Shown: piece by piece, positions 1-11,400 of the stretch
Layout of the letters: each line of letters starts with the position of its first letter
How positions within the stretch are numbered: position 1 is the stretch's first letter
From: Eledone cirrhosa
Lineage: Eukaryota
DNA length: 64,000 nt
Assembly: GCA_964016885.1 (NCBI GenBank)
Contig: OZ024742.1
Location: 290,656,001-290,720,000, forward strand
Direction: 5' to 3'
Notes under the pieces: generated by a model
Told to the model about the DNA's origin: nothing
Database searches by the model: none
What the model saw: the letters and a program-made list of their open reading frames with translations, nothing else
Translations under genes and position numbers: made by a program

Positions 1-612
1 GTGTTTGTGAGAAGTATATCCTCCACGCAGCTGAGATGCGACATCCACACAAAATTTCATGTGGCAGTAGTCCTTTGGTGGTGGCGGATCCTTGTGGCTT
101 TTAGTGAATACAATAAAAGAATTCACAATGGTTAAATTCACTAAAAACCACAAGATATATCTCCACCATTTCTTCCCAGGGCGTCCAACTGGGTAATATG
201 CGCAATATTGGTCGGATTTGTCAACCCCGCCCATACATTTATTATAGGAGAGGAGGTTGACTAAAGGTTTACTTTCAGCCCCAACTCCTGGTTGCTGGTT
301 AGAAGCAAAATTTGCCGTTTGTCTTTGTACAATGTGGCTAACATGTTCCCTTTTTGCACTTGGAGAGTGTCTCCTCTCTTTTTAAATTTTGTGATTCCCC
401 ATTATTGTACCACAGGTGTACGTATTTATGAGGGCAAGATCCTCTGCTAGAAGCACTAAAGAAAAAAAACGGTCAAAATCTATGTGTCTGTGTTGAGAGT
501 GGAATGGTTCAGTCAGAGACCACACAACATCATACCCCAATCTATTTTTTCTCTCTCCGTTGTGTTTCTTTCCTGTGTAAACATCAAAGTTTGCACAGTA
601 GCCTGTGTCCGA

Positions 613-864
613 TGAGGTTAGAAAAAGCTATCTCACTTTCCGCTTTTCATAGGCGCCGCTAAATCCCACTGCTGGTTTCTCCTCTTCCACGTGCGTTCAA
701 CTCCTTAACACCAGGAGCTGCCAAAACTCGCATCCACACTTGCTGGTTACCACTAGAGAGAGACCCATCTGCTGGCCCTTCTGGTCGAGCATCCTTCCTG
801 CGAAGCACCCTTCCGGTCGAGCACTCGCCCGCTTCCGGCCACCGCACGCCACACCATACCCACA
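613..864 (-). repeat. 3' LTR of LTR element 1, with adjacent polypurine-like tract (865-879, GAGATCAGGGGGGCG on - strand)
   Basis: Direct repeat of 4528-4797; G-rich tract abuts the TG start on the - strand. Confidence 0.9.
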
Positions 865-3800
865 CGCCCCCCTGATCTCAAGGATCAATTTCCCCCTCGT
901 CCTTCTGCATATGAAAGTCTGCTGTCCAGGTTGGTGGTTTACGACTTCTTTGCGATCTCCGCAGTGTTGGGGCAGCACTTTGGGTTTCCTCTTCCTCGGA
1001 GTCTGTTCACACAGTGATTCTATGGACATCCAGGACATGAAGTGGTACTCCGTCCACGGACACATTGTTCTGGGAATTTACAGCCGTCACCGTTCCCCTT
1101 CCCCATTGAGATGTGCAACGTGCACCTGGGGGCTTAACCCAGAATTCTTTGCCCACCTGCACGAATGCACTCTCTCTCCCCACTGGCCGTTGTGCACGGT
1201 CCCGCACTCGTATCTGAATACTACTCTGTGTGGCACCGATTCCTCGACCTGTCCCACCCGAGGCGACATGTTGTACCAGAACACTGCCTCCATTGGTGAG
1301 ATATGGCCCCGCTCCGCCATTGCCTTGATCGTCCGGTGGTGTCGCTCCACAAATCCATTCCCGCTCGGCCTGTGCGCTGCTCTGAAGAAACGGTCCACCT
1401 TCCATCCATCGAGCCTCTCCCTCAGTGCCTCCGAGCGGAACGCTGCGCTGTTGTCCATCAGCAGTTCGTCCACAGGGACCCGCTCCAAGAACACCTCTCT
1501 CAACGTCTGCATGATTTCCTCGGCCGTTCCAGTCTTCATCTCCTTCCATATCGCCATCCGTCCTGGTCTACAGTCGACCATCGAGAGGTACGTCCCCTGT
1601 TGGTAGTGCGTTACATCCACCGTCAATCGCTTCCAGTCGCGATACACCGGGAGGCTTCCCGTTTCGTGCACACCCGGGGCGGGATCAATGGACTGACATC
1701 GGACGCAGCCTCTAACCACCCTTTTGAACACTGTCTGTTAATGTCCGAGTCGATTCTCCTGGCTAGGAACAGGCTCCTATCCACTCCCATGTGGTGCATG
1801 TCATGCAACCCTTTCAGATCCGACTCGGTCAGCTGACACACGGCAGCTATCTCATCTTCTACCTCCTCCGGCGCTTCCATCCAGGCTTTCTTCACCCTAG
1901 TGCGCCCTATTTTTCTCTGAGGGCACAAAAACTACGCTCAGCCTCAGGTCGAACTCGGTGGCCAGCTCTCCTAAAGTTCCCAGGCGGCGCTTTATCAGCA
2001 TCTCCGCCGCCCCTCTCGTTCGCACTCTCTTCTCACCCATCCGAGTACAGTAGCCGAGTCGGTGCGTATCTCGATAGTGCGCAGTCTCCACCTCAGGGCG
2101 AGGTTCACCCCTCTCAACACTGCGTCCAGTTCGGCCACATTGATATGGTTGCAGTCGTCCTTCTTCCTAAGCCAGGCTGCATCCTCGACCTCAACACCTC
2201 CTATCTCCAACATGACACCCAGCGCTATGCTGCTGGCATTGCACCATACGGTCCCGTTCTGCAATTTGGGAACATACCAGCGTCCCCGCACTGGGTCATC
2301 GGCCTTCATCCACCCCACGATCTCCTGCATCATGGCCACCGTCCTCTCTCCCACTCTGTCACTCCAAGTCACTCCTCCTGCTCGTCTCTTGACATAGCTG
2401 CATGCCGTCCGGAGCCACCCAGCAATCGGGTAGTGACCCACCAACTTTCCACACACCAAGAAAAGCTCCTGCCTATTCATACTTGGACCCTGTTCTGGAA
2501 CTTCATTTCCCCTCTGCAATACCAAGACGCCGTCCTGTCTCGCCGTAGCCTAAGTCCCAGCGCTGCCCCTCCCTCCAACGCTTCTGACGGCTTCGCAGCC
2601 AGTCCATACCCCTGTAAATGGCTCGTAACCTCCGCCGCCGACACCACAGACTCGTCCACTAGGATGTCATCAATATAGCAGTTAGTGGCCCACTTCATCT
2701 TGTCGGCCTTTCCCAGAATGGTCTTGAGGACCGCCGCCATGATCTTCAGTGCGGAGCTCAGCCCAAAACCGAGCCTGGTCAGGCAATATGTCCGGCCCTT
2801 ATACCTGACCAGCTGATACTGCCAAAGCTTCTCATCTATATGCTATTGCAAGTATGCCGACTTTAGATATACGATTGCTGAACCCTCCGTCATGCGTCTC
2901 CAATCACGCAGGGTTTCCCCACAGACATCCGTGACCTCACCAACCGTGTGGCATGACACGTGCTCGTTCAGCTCCCGAAAGTCCAGCATCGGCGTCACCT
3001 TGTTCTTCGTGGGTTGCGCCACCGCCATTAACGGCAATACTCCGCACTTCACCTCCTCTTTCCAGGGAAGCAGTATGCCCTCCACAATCCATCTCTCTAC
3101 CTCTCGCTCGAACTTGCTCCTAATGTTTCCCTTCAATGTGTGTTGATAGCAGCCCACTTTGGTCTTCAGTGTTGGTGGTTCTCCCTTCCAGTACCACTCA
3201 ACAACCCATCGCTGCCCATCGAACACGGCCTTGAAGTCTTTGTCCTGCACAGTGTAAGTGGGGTATTTCTCCTCATGGGCCTTCTCGTTCTCCTGTCGCG
3301 CACTCACAGCGCATAACGACACACCGACACCAAACGACACACCGACGTTGTTCACTGTGACGCCTCCTAGATGGCCAATTGCGTCCATGCACATAACCAC
3401 GCCGATCCCATCCACCACACTGTCTACTACGATGGCAGAAAGCCTTAATTTCCTTCCCCGTACCGCTATTTCCATCTCGCTGCGACCTTGGCATTCAATT
3501 TTCCTGCCGTCGACTGCCCTTACGCTGCTCTTCCCTCTCCACCTCTGCACCACCCCTGCGGTCACCAGTGTCGTCGTACAGCCCGTGTCCATGAGGGCTC
3601 GCTGTGGCTTTCCCCTCACGAAGACTTCCACCACGGGCAGCGCCTCTACTCGTATGGGGAAACTACCGGCGCAGTAGTTCCCCTTGGATCGTTTCCCTGG
3701 TAGCAGTTAATAGCGATGTGGCCTGGTCGCTTACACCGGTAGCATATTATTTCCGGCCTTGACTCTCTGCAGTCTCTAGCGACGTGCAGACCCTGGCACC

Positions 3801-4515
3801 GAAAACAGCGACCTCTAAACGTTCGCAGGCGACCGCGTGCCGTGGTTGCCTCCCTTTCACCATTTCGCTGCCAGCTGTCTTGAGCCTCTGTAGTTGCTAT
3901 CGCCGCGACACTCTTCTTGGCATCTTCTGCTATGATCCGGGCTTGTTCCACCAGTGAACGCATTTCCATTTCTTTGTAACCCGGGACTTGCTGCAGTCTT
4001 ACCGCTTTGGCGTCTGGAAATCCATTTATGAAGGCCAACCGCACCGTGCGTTCACATTCCACCTGATATCCAGCCAACATGGCCAATTGCCGTATTTCCG
4101 CTGCGAAAATGTCAACGCGTTCACCGTTCCATCTAATTCTTGCCAGCTTAGCGAAAGCAGCTAACGGTCCCTCTGCGAACGCTTCCATCATGCGACTCTC
4201 AATCTTTTGCGCATCTCTTTGGCTGTGTTCGTCCAACTCAAGGAAGAGTACCAACATGTCCCCCCTCGAGGTACAGTGCCATGAGGCCAGCCACATCTTC
4301 TATCTTCTGGAAGCTTGCGACCAGCCGGACTTTTCGCAGCCAAGCGACAACATCACCTTCCCCAGTAAATGCCCTGATAGCTTCGCTTGTTCGTAGTCTT
4401 GTTGCCATCTTCTAATTTGTCTTGCGGTATGTGATAAAAAAAACAACAGACTCCTCTCTGTTTTTCCAGTAGCTTTTTTTTTTTTTTTTTTTTCAATCAG
4501 ATCTCAGTTTCCAGT

Positions 4516-4527
4516 GCCGAAATAGCT
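4516..4527 (-). promoter_or_regulatory. Putative primer-binding site AGCTATTTCGGC, complementary to the 5' 12 nt of tRNA-Phe
   Basis: Abuts the 5' LTR. The identical 12-mer is at 35057-35068 in copy 2 while the neighbouring bases differ. Metazoan tRNA-Phe starts GCCGAAAUAGCUCAG. Confidence 0.75.
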
Positions 4528-4797
4528 TGTGGTTAGAAAAAGCTGTCTCACTTACCGCTTTTCATAGGTGCCGCTAAATCCGACTGCTGGTTTCTCCTCT
4601 TCCACGTGCGTCCAACTCCTTAACACCGGGAGCTGCCAAAACTTGGGTCCACACCGTTGCTGGTCACCACTAGAGAGAGACCCATCTGCTGGCCCTTCCG
4701 GTCGAGCATCCTTCCGGTCGAGCATCCTTCCGGCGAAGCACCCTTCCGGTCGAGCACTCCCCTGCTTGCGGCCACCGCACGCCACACCATACTCACA
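4528..4797 (-). repeat. 5' LTR of LTR element 1
   Basis: Direct repeat of 613-864 with one extra 16-bp CCTTCCGGTCGAGCAT unit. Confidence 0.9.
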
Positions 4798-4859
4798 TCT
4801 GATTCACAGAGTTTCCACACTTTGATGCCCATTTGGTGGGTTTAGCTGGCATGTATTGT

Positions 4860-5200
4860 GGCACATGGCTTAGTGGTTAGAGCATTGGCCTTGCAATCGA
4901 AAGGTTGTGAGTTCAATTCTCAGACCGAGTGATGTCTTGTTTCCTTGAGTAAGACACTTTATTTCACATTGCTCCAGTTTACTCAGCTGTAGAAATGAGA
5001 TGATAGGGACTGGGGTCCCTATCATTCCACTGTAAAGTGGACGTGTAGGTGCCACGGAAAAAAAAAAGCACCCAGCACTCACTGTAAATGAGGTTGGTGT
5101 TAGGAAGGGCATCCAGCTGTAGAAATCAAGCCAGAATCAGTTCCCGTCCCACCCTTGCAAGCAGGGAAAAAGCAGACGTAAAATGAAATGAGGATGATGA
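4860..5200 (+). mobile_element. tRNA-derived SINE with RTE-derived 3' tail
   Basis: A box TGGCTTAGTGG and B box GAGTTCAATTC. The 3' part matches the RTE 3'UTR (GGTTGGTGTTAGGAAGGGCATCCAGCTGTAGAAA) and ends in a (TGA)n tail. TSD TATTGT at 4854-4859/5201-5206. Absent from the piggyBac copy near 54025. Confidence 0.88.
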
Positions 5201-7176
5201 TATTGTCTGAAATGTACTCTTCCCTTATACCCAATCATAGCTTCATCAACACTAAGATTTTTCCCAGGTATATATACTGTTTTAAATATTTCAGATAGTA
5301 TTTTAATTAATGGTTGAACTTTATAAAGAGGGTCATAATTCAATTCATTTCTATCGGGGACATTTGAAGTATCGACCAGATGCAAATACTGGTTTAATTT
5401 TAAATACCTTGTTTTTGCCATATATAAGGGTCACTAAACCTTATATCAGTGCTCCAGTAATTCCATAGTCTTGGAAATTGTTTTATACCAAACATAATAT
5501 TTATGGTAAAAAACGCTTGCATCTCCGCAGCATCTGTCAGTCGCCATAACATATCAGGTTTTCTTTGATTTGAAATTTGTTGTTGGGCAAATCAAGTAGT
5601 CTCTTTTGCCACAACTTTGAAGAAAGTTTGTGGCAAAAACAAAAAGAAATAATCCAGTACTTTAGCATCAGAAGGTAATGTGTGTTGTGGACCAGTATTT
5701 TCAATAAAATCGGGAACATGTATAGGTGTGGTATTTGTCGACCACGTTGCTGTAATATCTTCAATGGCGTCCTGGAGATCTCCTTTGTTTTCACTTTCAA
5801 AACAACAATCATCGTCGGATGAAATTTCAGAAATGTAAACATCTGATTAATTTGAGGATAAATCACTAATATTATCTTTTGTTTCATCGTGTGTAAAACC
5901 TTCAAAGTCGGTATCGCTACTTTCACAAGCCATGTTGATACACACAAAAAAATCTGTTCTACTTTCAACGTTAAAAAAACACGTGTTGTTTCAAGTTGTT
6001 TCACTATGTTAAGTGTTAATTTTTGCAATAATTGCCTAATCTCGCAGTAATCTCGAATTGACGAGATTTTGATGACGTATTGTTTATTTTTAGAACGATA
6101 TTTTAGTGTTAGTGTTATTGGCCGTTTTGGGCTGGATTGAACAAATGAAGAGGAAATAATTGCGTCCGGTTTGGGCTGGTTTGAACACTAAAGGGTTAAT
6201 AATCTCTTCTTTTTACTCCTTTTACAAATTTGTATCAAATATTTAAATTTACTTATTTCATTTTCAAATAATAAACTATTTATGTTGACTGAAACAGTAA
6301 AATGCAACCTCTAAATTTTCTTCATATAACACTGTCAATCTTTTTAACTGTTTTTCTACCAAACCAGCTGAAACTAGCCCTGGTTGTATGATACAAAACT
6401 ATTGGTTTTTCAAGCAATTATATTTATCTAAAAACCTTCCACCATATTTTATGCATAACCCTTAATTAAGAAACACCAGTTTAATAATCCCTTCTTTTTA
6501 CTCCTTTTGTCCTTAATATCTGCTTTGTGTGTATTGTGGAAGGAGATAACAGTGAATGATATGTTTCTAGGTCATGTGATTAGAAGCTATATCAGACTAT
6601 TGGTGATGGTCAATGTGACATTCTTGAAGGGATTTCTTCATAGAATCCTTGTATCTTTCTTAATGTAATTACATTAATGACACCAGTCTTCCAATACTCT
6701 ATATATGAGTCTAATAATACTAACATAATTATTACCTCCTCCTACTCCTTCTCATCATCATCATCATCATTTAACATCTACTTTCCCTGCTTAGGTTGGA
6801 CGGGTTGTCACAGACCAAGTATGTACTTAATTGATGCCATTAACCTTTCAGACAAGTTGGGAAACTAAATCTTGCTTACATACATTCCCGCACTGGGTGT
6901 CTTATTTTGGGACAGCAATAAAGAGGTTGCATATCTTTGACATGACTAATAAATCCTCCTGACCCTTTGTTTAATAATTTCTTTCTTTCAGCTTGATACC
7001 CTTTCTTTCACCAACCAGTTCACAGAATATACCGTATGCATTTTATCAAGCCACTAATACTACAGAGATTGATCTGTCATTGACACAACTGACGAGTCCT
7101 TTTGACACATAACAACAATATGTAATTATTTTCAGTGTCCAAATTTCTTAGCTGTTACCCTAATTTACTCTTGTAG

Positions 7177-7404
7177 GTTGATGTTATTGTTAACAGCACC
7201 AATAAAGAACTCAATCTTAATTCTGGTGGTATCTCCAAATTTATTTTGCAAACTGCTGGTCCACAGATACAAGAAGAGTGCAATGCAAATTATCCTCAAG
7301 GTATTTCTACATCTACAATAGCCGTCACAAAGGGCTATAACCTGAAATGTGAATATGTATTTCATGTTTATTTACCTGAATGGGATAAAGATAAAGCTGA
7401 TGAA
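7177..7404 (+). CDS. Host exon, macrodomain middle part (repeat A): VDVIVNSTNKELNLNSGGISKFILQTAGPQIQEEC...VTKGYNLKCEYVFHVYLPEWDKDKADE
   Basis: TTGTAG acceptor, GTAAGT donor, 228 bp open, phase 0-0. DVIVNST and VTKGYNLKC..VFHV motifs are typical of PARP14/9/15-type macrodomains. Not shown in the ORF track. Confidence 0.9.
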
Positions 7405-7591
7405 GTAAGTATCAATTAAATACCATATCATCACCATCATCAACGTCTCCACCACCACCACAACCCCCACCACCACCACCATTGTCATTATTGCCATCAT
7501 TATTTTCCATTCACTTTCTATGTTGACATAAGTTGGACAGATTGTCAGGGTTTGAGCTTTAAGAATCTCTTCAACAAACATAACACTAGAT

Positions 7592-7762
7592 GACTGGTTA
7601 CCAAAGTGGGTTCTGCCGAACTCAAGGGTGTCTGGGATTCCATGAAAATGGTAGAGGCGTATATTTGTATTACAATCATATAACAGTATTAGACTTTGGG
7701 GTTCCCCAAAATGTTTCTGAACCTAAAAGTGTTCCGTGTTTGAAAAGGTTTGGAAAAGCCTG
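7592..7762. mobile_element. hAT/Charlie-like MITE
   Basis: 8-bp TSD CACTAGAT (7584-7591, 7763-7770). Degenerate TIRs GACTGGTTACCAAA / TTTGGAAAAGCCTG. Duplicate at 56137-56319; mostly deleted in segment B (~24920-24936). Confidence 0.7.
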
Positions 7763-8559
7763 CACTAGATGAAGAAATTCATTAAATTTAGAGGATTAAT
7801 GAATGACAGATATTTGAATAGATTGGTAGACCAAGCCATATATGAATATAGACCTGAATACAATGGAACACAAACTTCAGGCACCATAGCTATTAAAAAT
7901 ACACAAACTGGACATAAAGTATACTACTCTCGGATCCAAAATGACAGGGAATATGCCGGGAAGGTCAGTAACTTTTCTAGGTTGTCTCCATTGATTTTTT
8001 AGAAAACCAGAATTAGTTGTTTAGTTTACATATTGAGACACCAAACCATCGTATTCATTCTATAATGTATGGGATTTCAAGTAATGAAATTTTTCTTCTC
8101 ATGTATAATGTTTTTTAATGTCTAAAGAAAATTAATTGTCACAGGAATGCTACTTAAAATAAAATTTCACCAGGGATAGAGTATGAAAATTTAATAAGCA
8201 GGGGATTGGAAAAAATCTGAAAAATTAATAAGTGGTGGGGATTGATTATTTGAGACACTTGAGAATATATGAATTAAATGTATACAAACTACAAGACAGA
8301 TGAATATGTAATCATAAATTTGCATCACACCAAACCATAAATTAACAGTTTCAATGTATTAAATGAATAAACTCATTATTAACAGTATGCAAACCTAGAA
8401 ATGAATAACACAATTTATTCATTTGGTTACAAAAATGAAAGTTATAAACTTCATGAAAACAACTGTTACATTGGCCATTGATGTATAACACATACATGAA
8501 TGCTCACCATCCATTTACAAGAACGAGAAATAGCAGCACACTACACCACACACCATAAG

Positions 8560-9010
8560 AGTGAGACCAGCCAAGCTTATGGATGTTATCCAACTATCTT
8601 GCTTGGGGTCTACCTTGAGTCTCCTGCCGGTTGATTTTGTCTGTAAAATTTCTCCAGCATTTCTTTCCTGAGACATTCTTACCACATGCCCATAGTATTG
8701 AAGCTGTGATGTAGTGTCTCTACCTGGCGTGCCTCTCTGATCTCCGACCTACAACTTTATCGAGTACCATTACTCCAAAGACCTTTCAGCAGAACCCTAT
8801 TTTGGCCACTTGTATTTGCGATCGTATTCTTTCAGTCCTAATGCAAGATTCATGGTCATAGGTAAGGGTTGGCACAGAAATCAAATTGAAGATAGCGATT
8901 TTGGTTTTTATACCGGCCTCCCTTTTTCTGATTACCGAATGCTGAAGTGGCGCATTACTGCATCAGCTCCTGCGATGCTTGCACTTAATTCAGCCTCTTG
9001 CCTTCCATCA
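8560..9010 (-). mobile_element. Degenerate RTE-like LINE 3' fragment
   Basis: The - strand reads ...QYYGHVVRMSQER..., resembling an RTE ORF2 C-terminus. It starts where segment A stops matching B/C. Confidence 0.55.
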
Positions 9011-9221
9011 CTCATCACAGAAGAAAAACATGTTTCAGTGCTGCAAACATCCCTGTCCCATGAAACTCTTTTCCTTCTAACATGGTTGGTTCTGCAGCTA
9101 AACTTTCAAACTTTTTCTCATTGCCAAGACAATGCTTTCTGATTCCTATTCCATGAATAATAAATATTTCCATGGTTGTCATTCTACCAAGCTTTCTTCA
9201 TTTGATCCTCCTATTATTGTT

Positions 9222-10615
9222 GCTAACCATTTTACATATCTCTTGCTAACCATTTAAACATCTCTTGCGAACCATTTGACATCTCTTGTTAACCATTTGA
9301 CATCTCTTGTTAACCATTTGACATATCTTACTAACCGTTTGCCAAATCTCTTGCTAACCATTTGACACATGTCTTGCTTACCATTTGACACATCCCTTGC
9401 TAACCACTTGACACATCTCTTGCTAACCATTTGACATATCTCTTGTTAACCATTTGACATATCTCTTGCTAACCACTTGACACATCTCTTGCTAACCATT
9501 TGACATATCTCTTGCTAACCATTTGACACATCTCTTGCTAACCATTTGACATATCTCTTGCTAACCATTTGACATATCCCTTGCCAACCATTTGAAATAT
9601 CTCTTGCTAAGCATTTCACATATCTCTTCCTAACCATTTGACATCTCTTGCTAACCATTTGACACATCTCTTGCTAACCATTTGACATATCTCTTGCTAA
9701 CCATTTGACATATCCCTTGCCAACCATTTGAAATATCTCTTGCCAACCATTTGACAGATCCCTTGCTAACCATTTCACATATCTCTTCCTAACCATTTGA
9801 CATCTCTTGCTAACCATTGGCATATTTCTTGCTAACCATTTGACATACTTCTAGCTAACCATTTGACATATTTGTTGCTAACCATTTTACATCTCTTGCT
9901 AACCATTTGACATATTTCTCACTAACAAATTGACATCTGGTGCTAACCATTTGACATATCTCTTGTTAACCATTTGACGCATGTCCTGATAACCATGTGA
10001 CATATCTCTAGCTAACCATTTGACCTATCTCTTGCTAGCCATGTGACACATTGATACATCTCTTGCTAACCATCTGACTCATCTCTTGCTAACCATTTGA
10101 CATCTTTTGCTAACCATTAGACACATCTCTTATTAACCATATGACATCTCTTGCTAACCATTTCGCATCTCTTGCTAACCATTTGACACATCTCTTGCTA
10201 ACCATTCGACCTTTTTTGCTAACAATGAGACACATCTCTGGCTAACCATTTGACCTTTTTTGCTAACAATGAGACACATCTCTTGCTAACCATTAGACAC
10301 ATCTCTTGTTAACCATTAGACACATCTCTTGCTAAGCATGTAACACATCTCTTTGTAACAATTTGACATATCTCTTGCTAACCATGTGACACATCTCTTG
10401 CTAACCATTTGACACCTCTTGCTAACCATCTGATCCATCTCTTGCTAACCATTTGACATCTTTTGCTAACCATTTGGCATCTCTTGCTAACCATTTGACA
10501 TATCTCTTGCTAACCATTTGAAACATCTCTTACTAACCATTTGACTTCTTTTGTTAACCATTAGACACATCTCTTGCTAACCATTTGGCATATCTCTTGC
10601 TAACCATTTGACACA
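9222..10615. repeat. Minisatellite, ~60 units of 21-23 bp, consensus TCTCTTGCTAACCATTTGACA(CA/TA)
   Basis: Directly visible tandem array with length variants. Confidence 0.95.
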
Positions 10616-10976
10616 TTTATTCACTGATTCTCATTCTTCCACTGTGGTTGTTTTCCTCTTTCCTCAAAAGTCTTTCTTATGGATTTCTCTTCAGTCTTCT
10701 TATTTCCTATGATAGATATAATTTTAAGTGTTTTAAATCTTCTGCTCATTGTTTCCTTCTTTTCTTTTGTAACTGGCAACAAACAAATTGGTTGCTTGAC
10801 ACTTGCTGTATTGCTGGGACTTACTGTATTGCTTGTTACTGCCTTGTTGGGACTTGCTGTATTGTTTGGACTTGCTGTAGGTTACTTACTGCCTTGTTGA
10901 AAGTGACTTACAAAAACATTATTGTAAGATGTCATTGTAAAATATTAATTGCAAATTATTAAACTTTTTTATTTAG

Positions 10977-11204
10977 GTATTGCAGTGTTTAGTTAACATA
11001 ATAATCACTTGTCTAAAAGCTGCTGAGGAAAAGGGAGCCAAAAGCATTGCATTCCCTATATTAGGGTCTGGAGAATTGAAGTACCCTCTCGACAAACTAC
11101 CTTCAACCATGTATGAAGCAGTGAAAACATACTCACATAGAAATACAAGTCATATTGATGTTGTCAACTTTGTTATTTTACCTAAAGATTCAAACATAAT
11201 AAAG
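10977..11204 (+). CDS. Host exon, macrodomain C-terminal part (repeat A): VLQCLVNIIITCLKAAEEKGAKSIAFPILGSGELKYP...VVNFVILPKDSNIIK
   Basis: TTTAG acceptor, GTTGGT donor, 228 bp, phase 0-0. SIAFP.LG.G macrodomain motif. Confidence 0.9.
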
Positions 11205-11400
11205 GTTGGTTGATCTATTTTGTTTTCATTGTTTATGCTAACTTTTAATATAGTAGAAAATATCTAAAATCTGCTTTGTTAATTCAAATATTTCTATCTT
11301 TGCTAGTGGACATATTGTGAAAATTTGCAGTTGTAGAAGATTAAATCATTTTTTACTCTTATTATCGTGTAATTATTTAGAAGAAAAATATCTAGAAACA

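Larger units (their letters stand above)
613..4797 (-). mobile_element. Compact Gypsy-type LTR retrotransposon, copy 1; full length but frameshifted (gag-PR-RT-RNaseH-IN)
   Basis: LTRs 613-864 and 4528-4797 with TG..CA ends. 5-bp TSD TCCGA/TCTGA (608-612, 4798-4802); empty site is in the piggyBac copy near 53967. CCHC knuckles (3646..4296), protease DTG (2843..3634), RT YIDD (2477..2740), RNase H (1995..2525), integrase core (1087..1731). Confidence 0.95.
1..6195 (-). mobile_element. piggyBac-family (PGBD4-like) DNA transposon, copy A; degenerate, left end outside window, interrupted by an LTR element (613-4797) and a SINE (4860-5200)
   Basis: 1-612, 4803-4859 and 5201-6195 are collinear with the copy at 53178-55028. 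Transposase motif LSVDEAMIGYKGR is in ORF 5137..5421. Terminus ...CTAAAGGG ends at 6195, followed by TTAA (6196-6199). Confidence 0.92.

Noticed and set aside
740-2678. Long + strand ORFs (288, 295 aa) and similar ones at 31706-35073
   Set aside because: Antisense to GC-rich Gypsy pol and not conserved as ORFs between the two copies.
4511-4527. Canonical tRNA-Phe 3'-end PBS (TGGTGCCGAAACCC)
   Set aside because: The partial GTGCCGAAA similarity is on the wrong strand and arises from acceptor-stem self-complementarity. TAGCT matches the tRNA 5' end instead.
5537-6028. 163-aa ORF (also 54370..54861)
   Set aside because: Alternative frame over the piggyBac transposase N-terminus; the acidic frame 54425..54778 is the plausible one.
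7165-7365. Identical 66-aa - strand ORF in three places (MKYIFTFQ...)
   Set aside because: Antisense shadow of the duplicated macrodomain exon.
7769-8002. 77-aa ORF MKKFIKFRG... repeated at 56326
   Set aside because: Starts in the MITE TSD, is deleted in segment B, has no recognisable domain or splice sites; the repetition is just the segmental duplication.
9222-10615. Repeat array that could be mistaken for CRISPR
   Set aside because: Units are contiguous with no unique spacers, there are no cas genes, and the context is eukaryotic.
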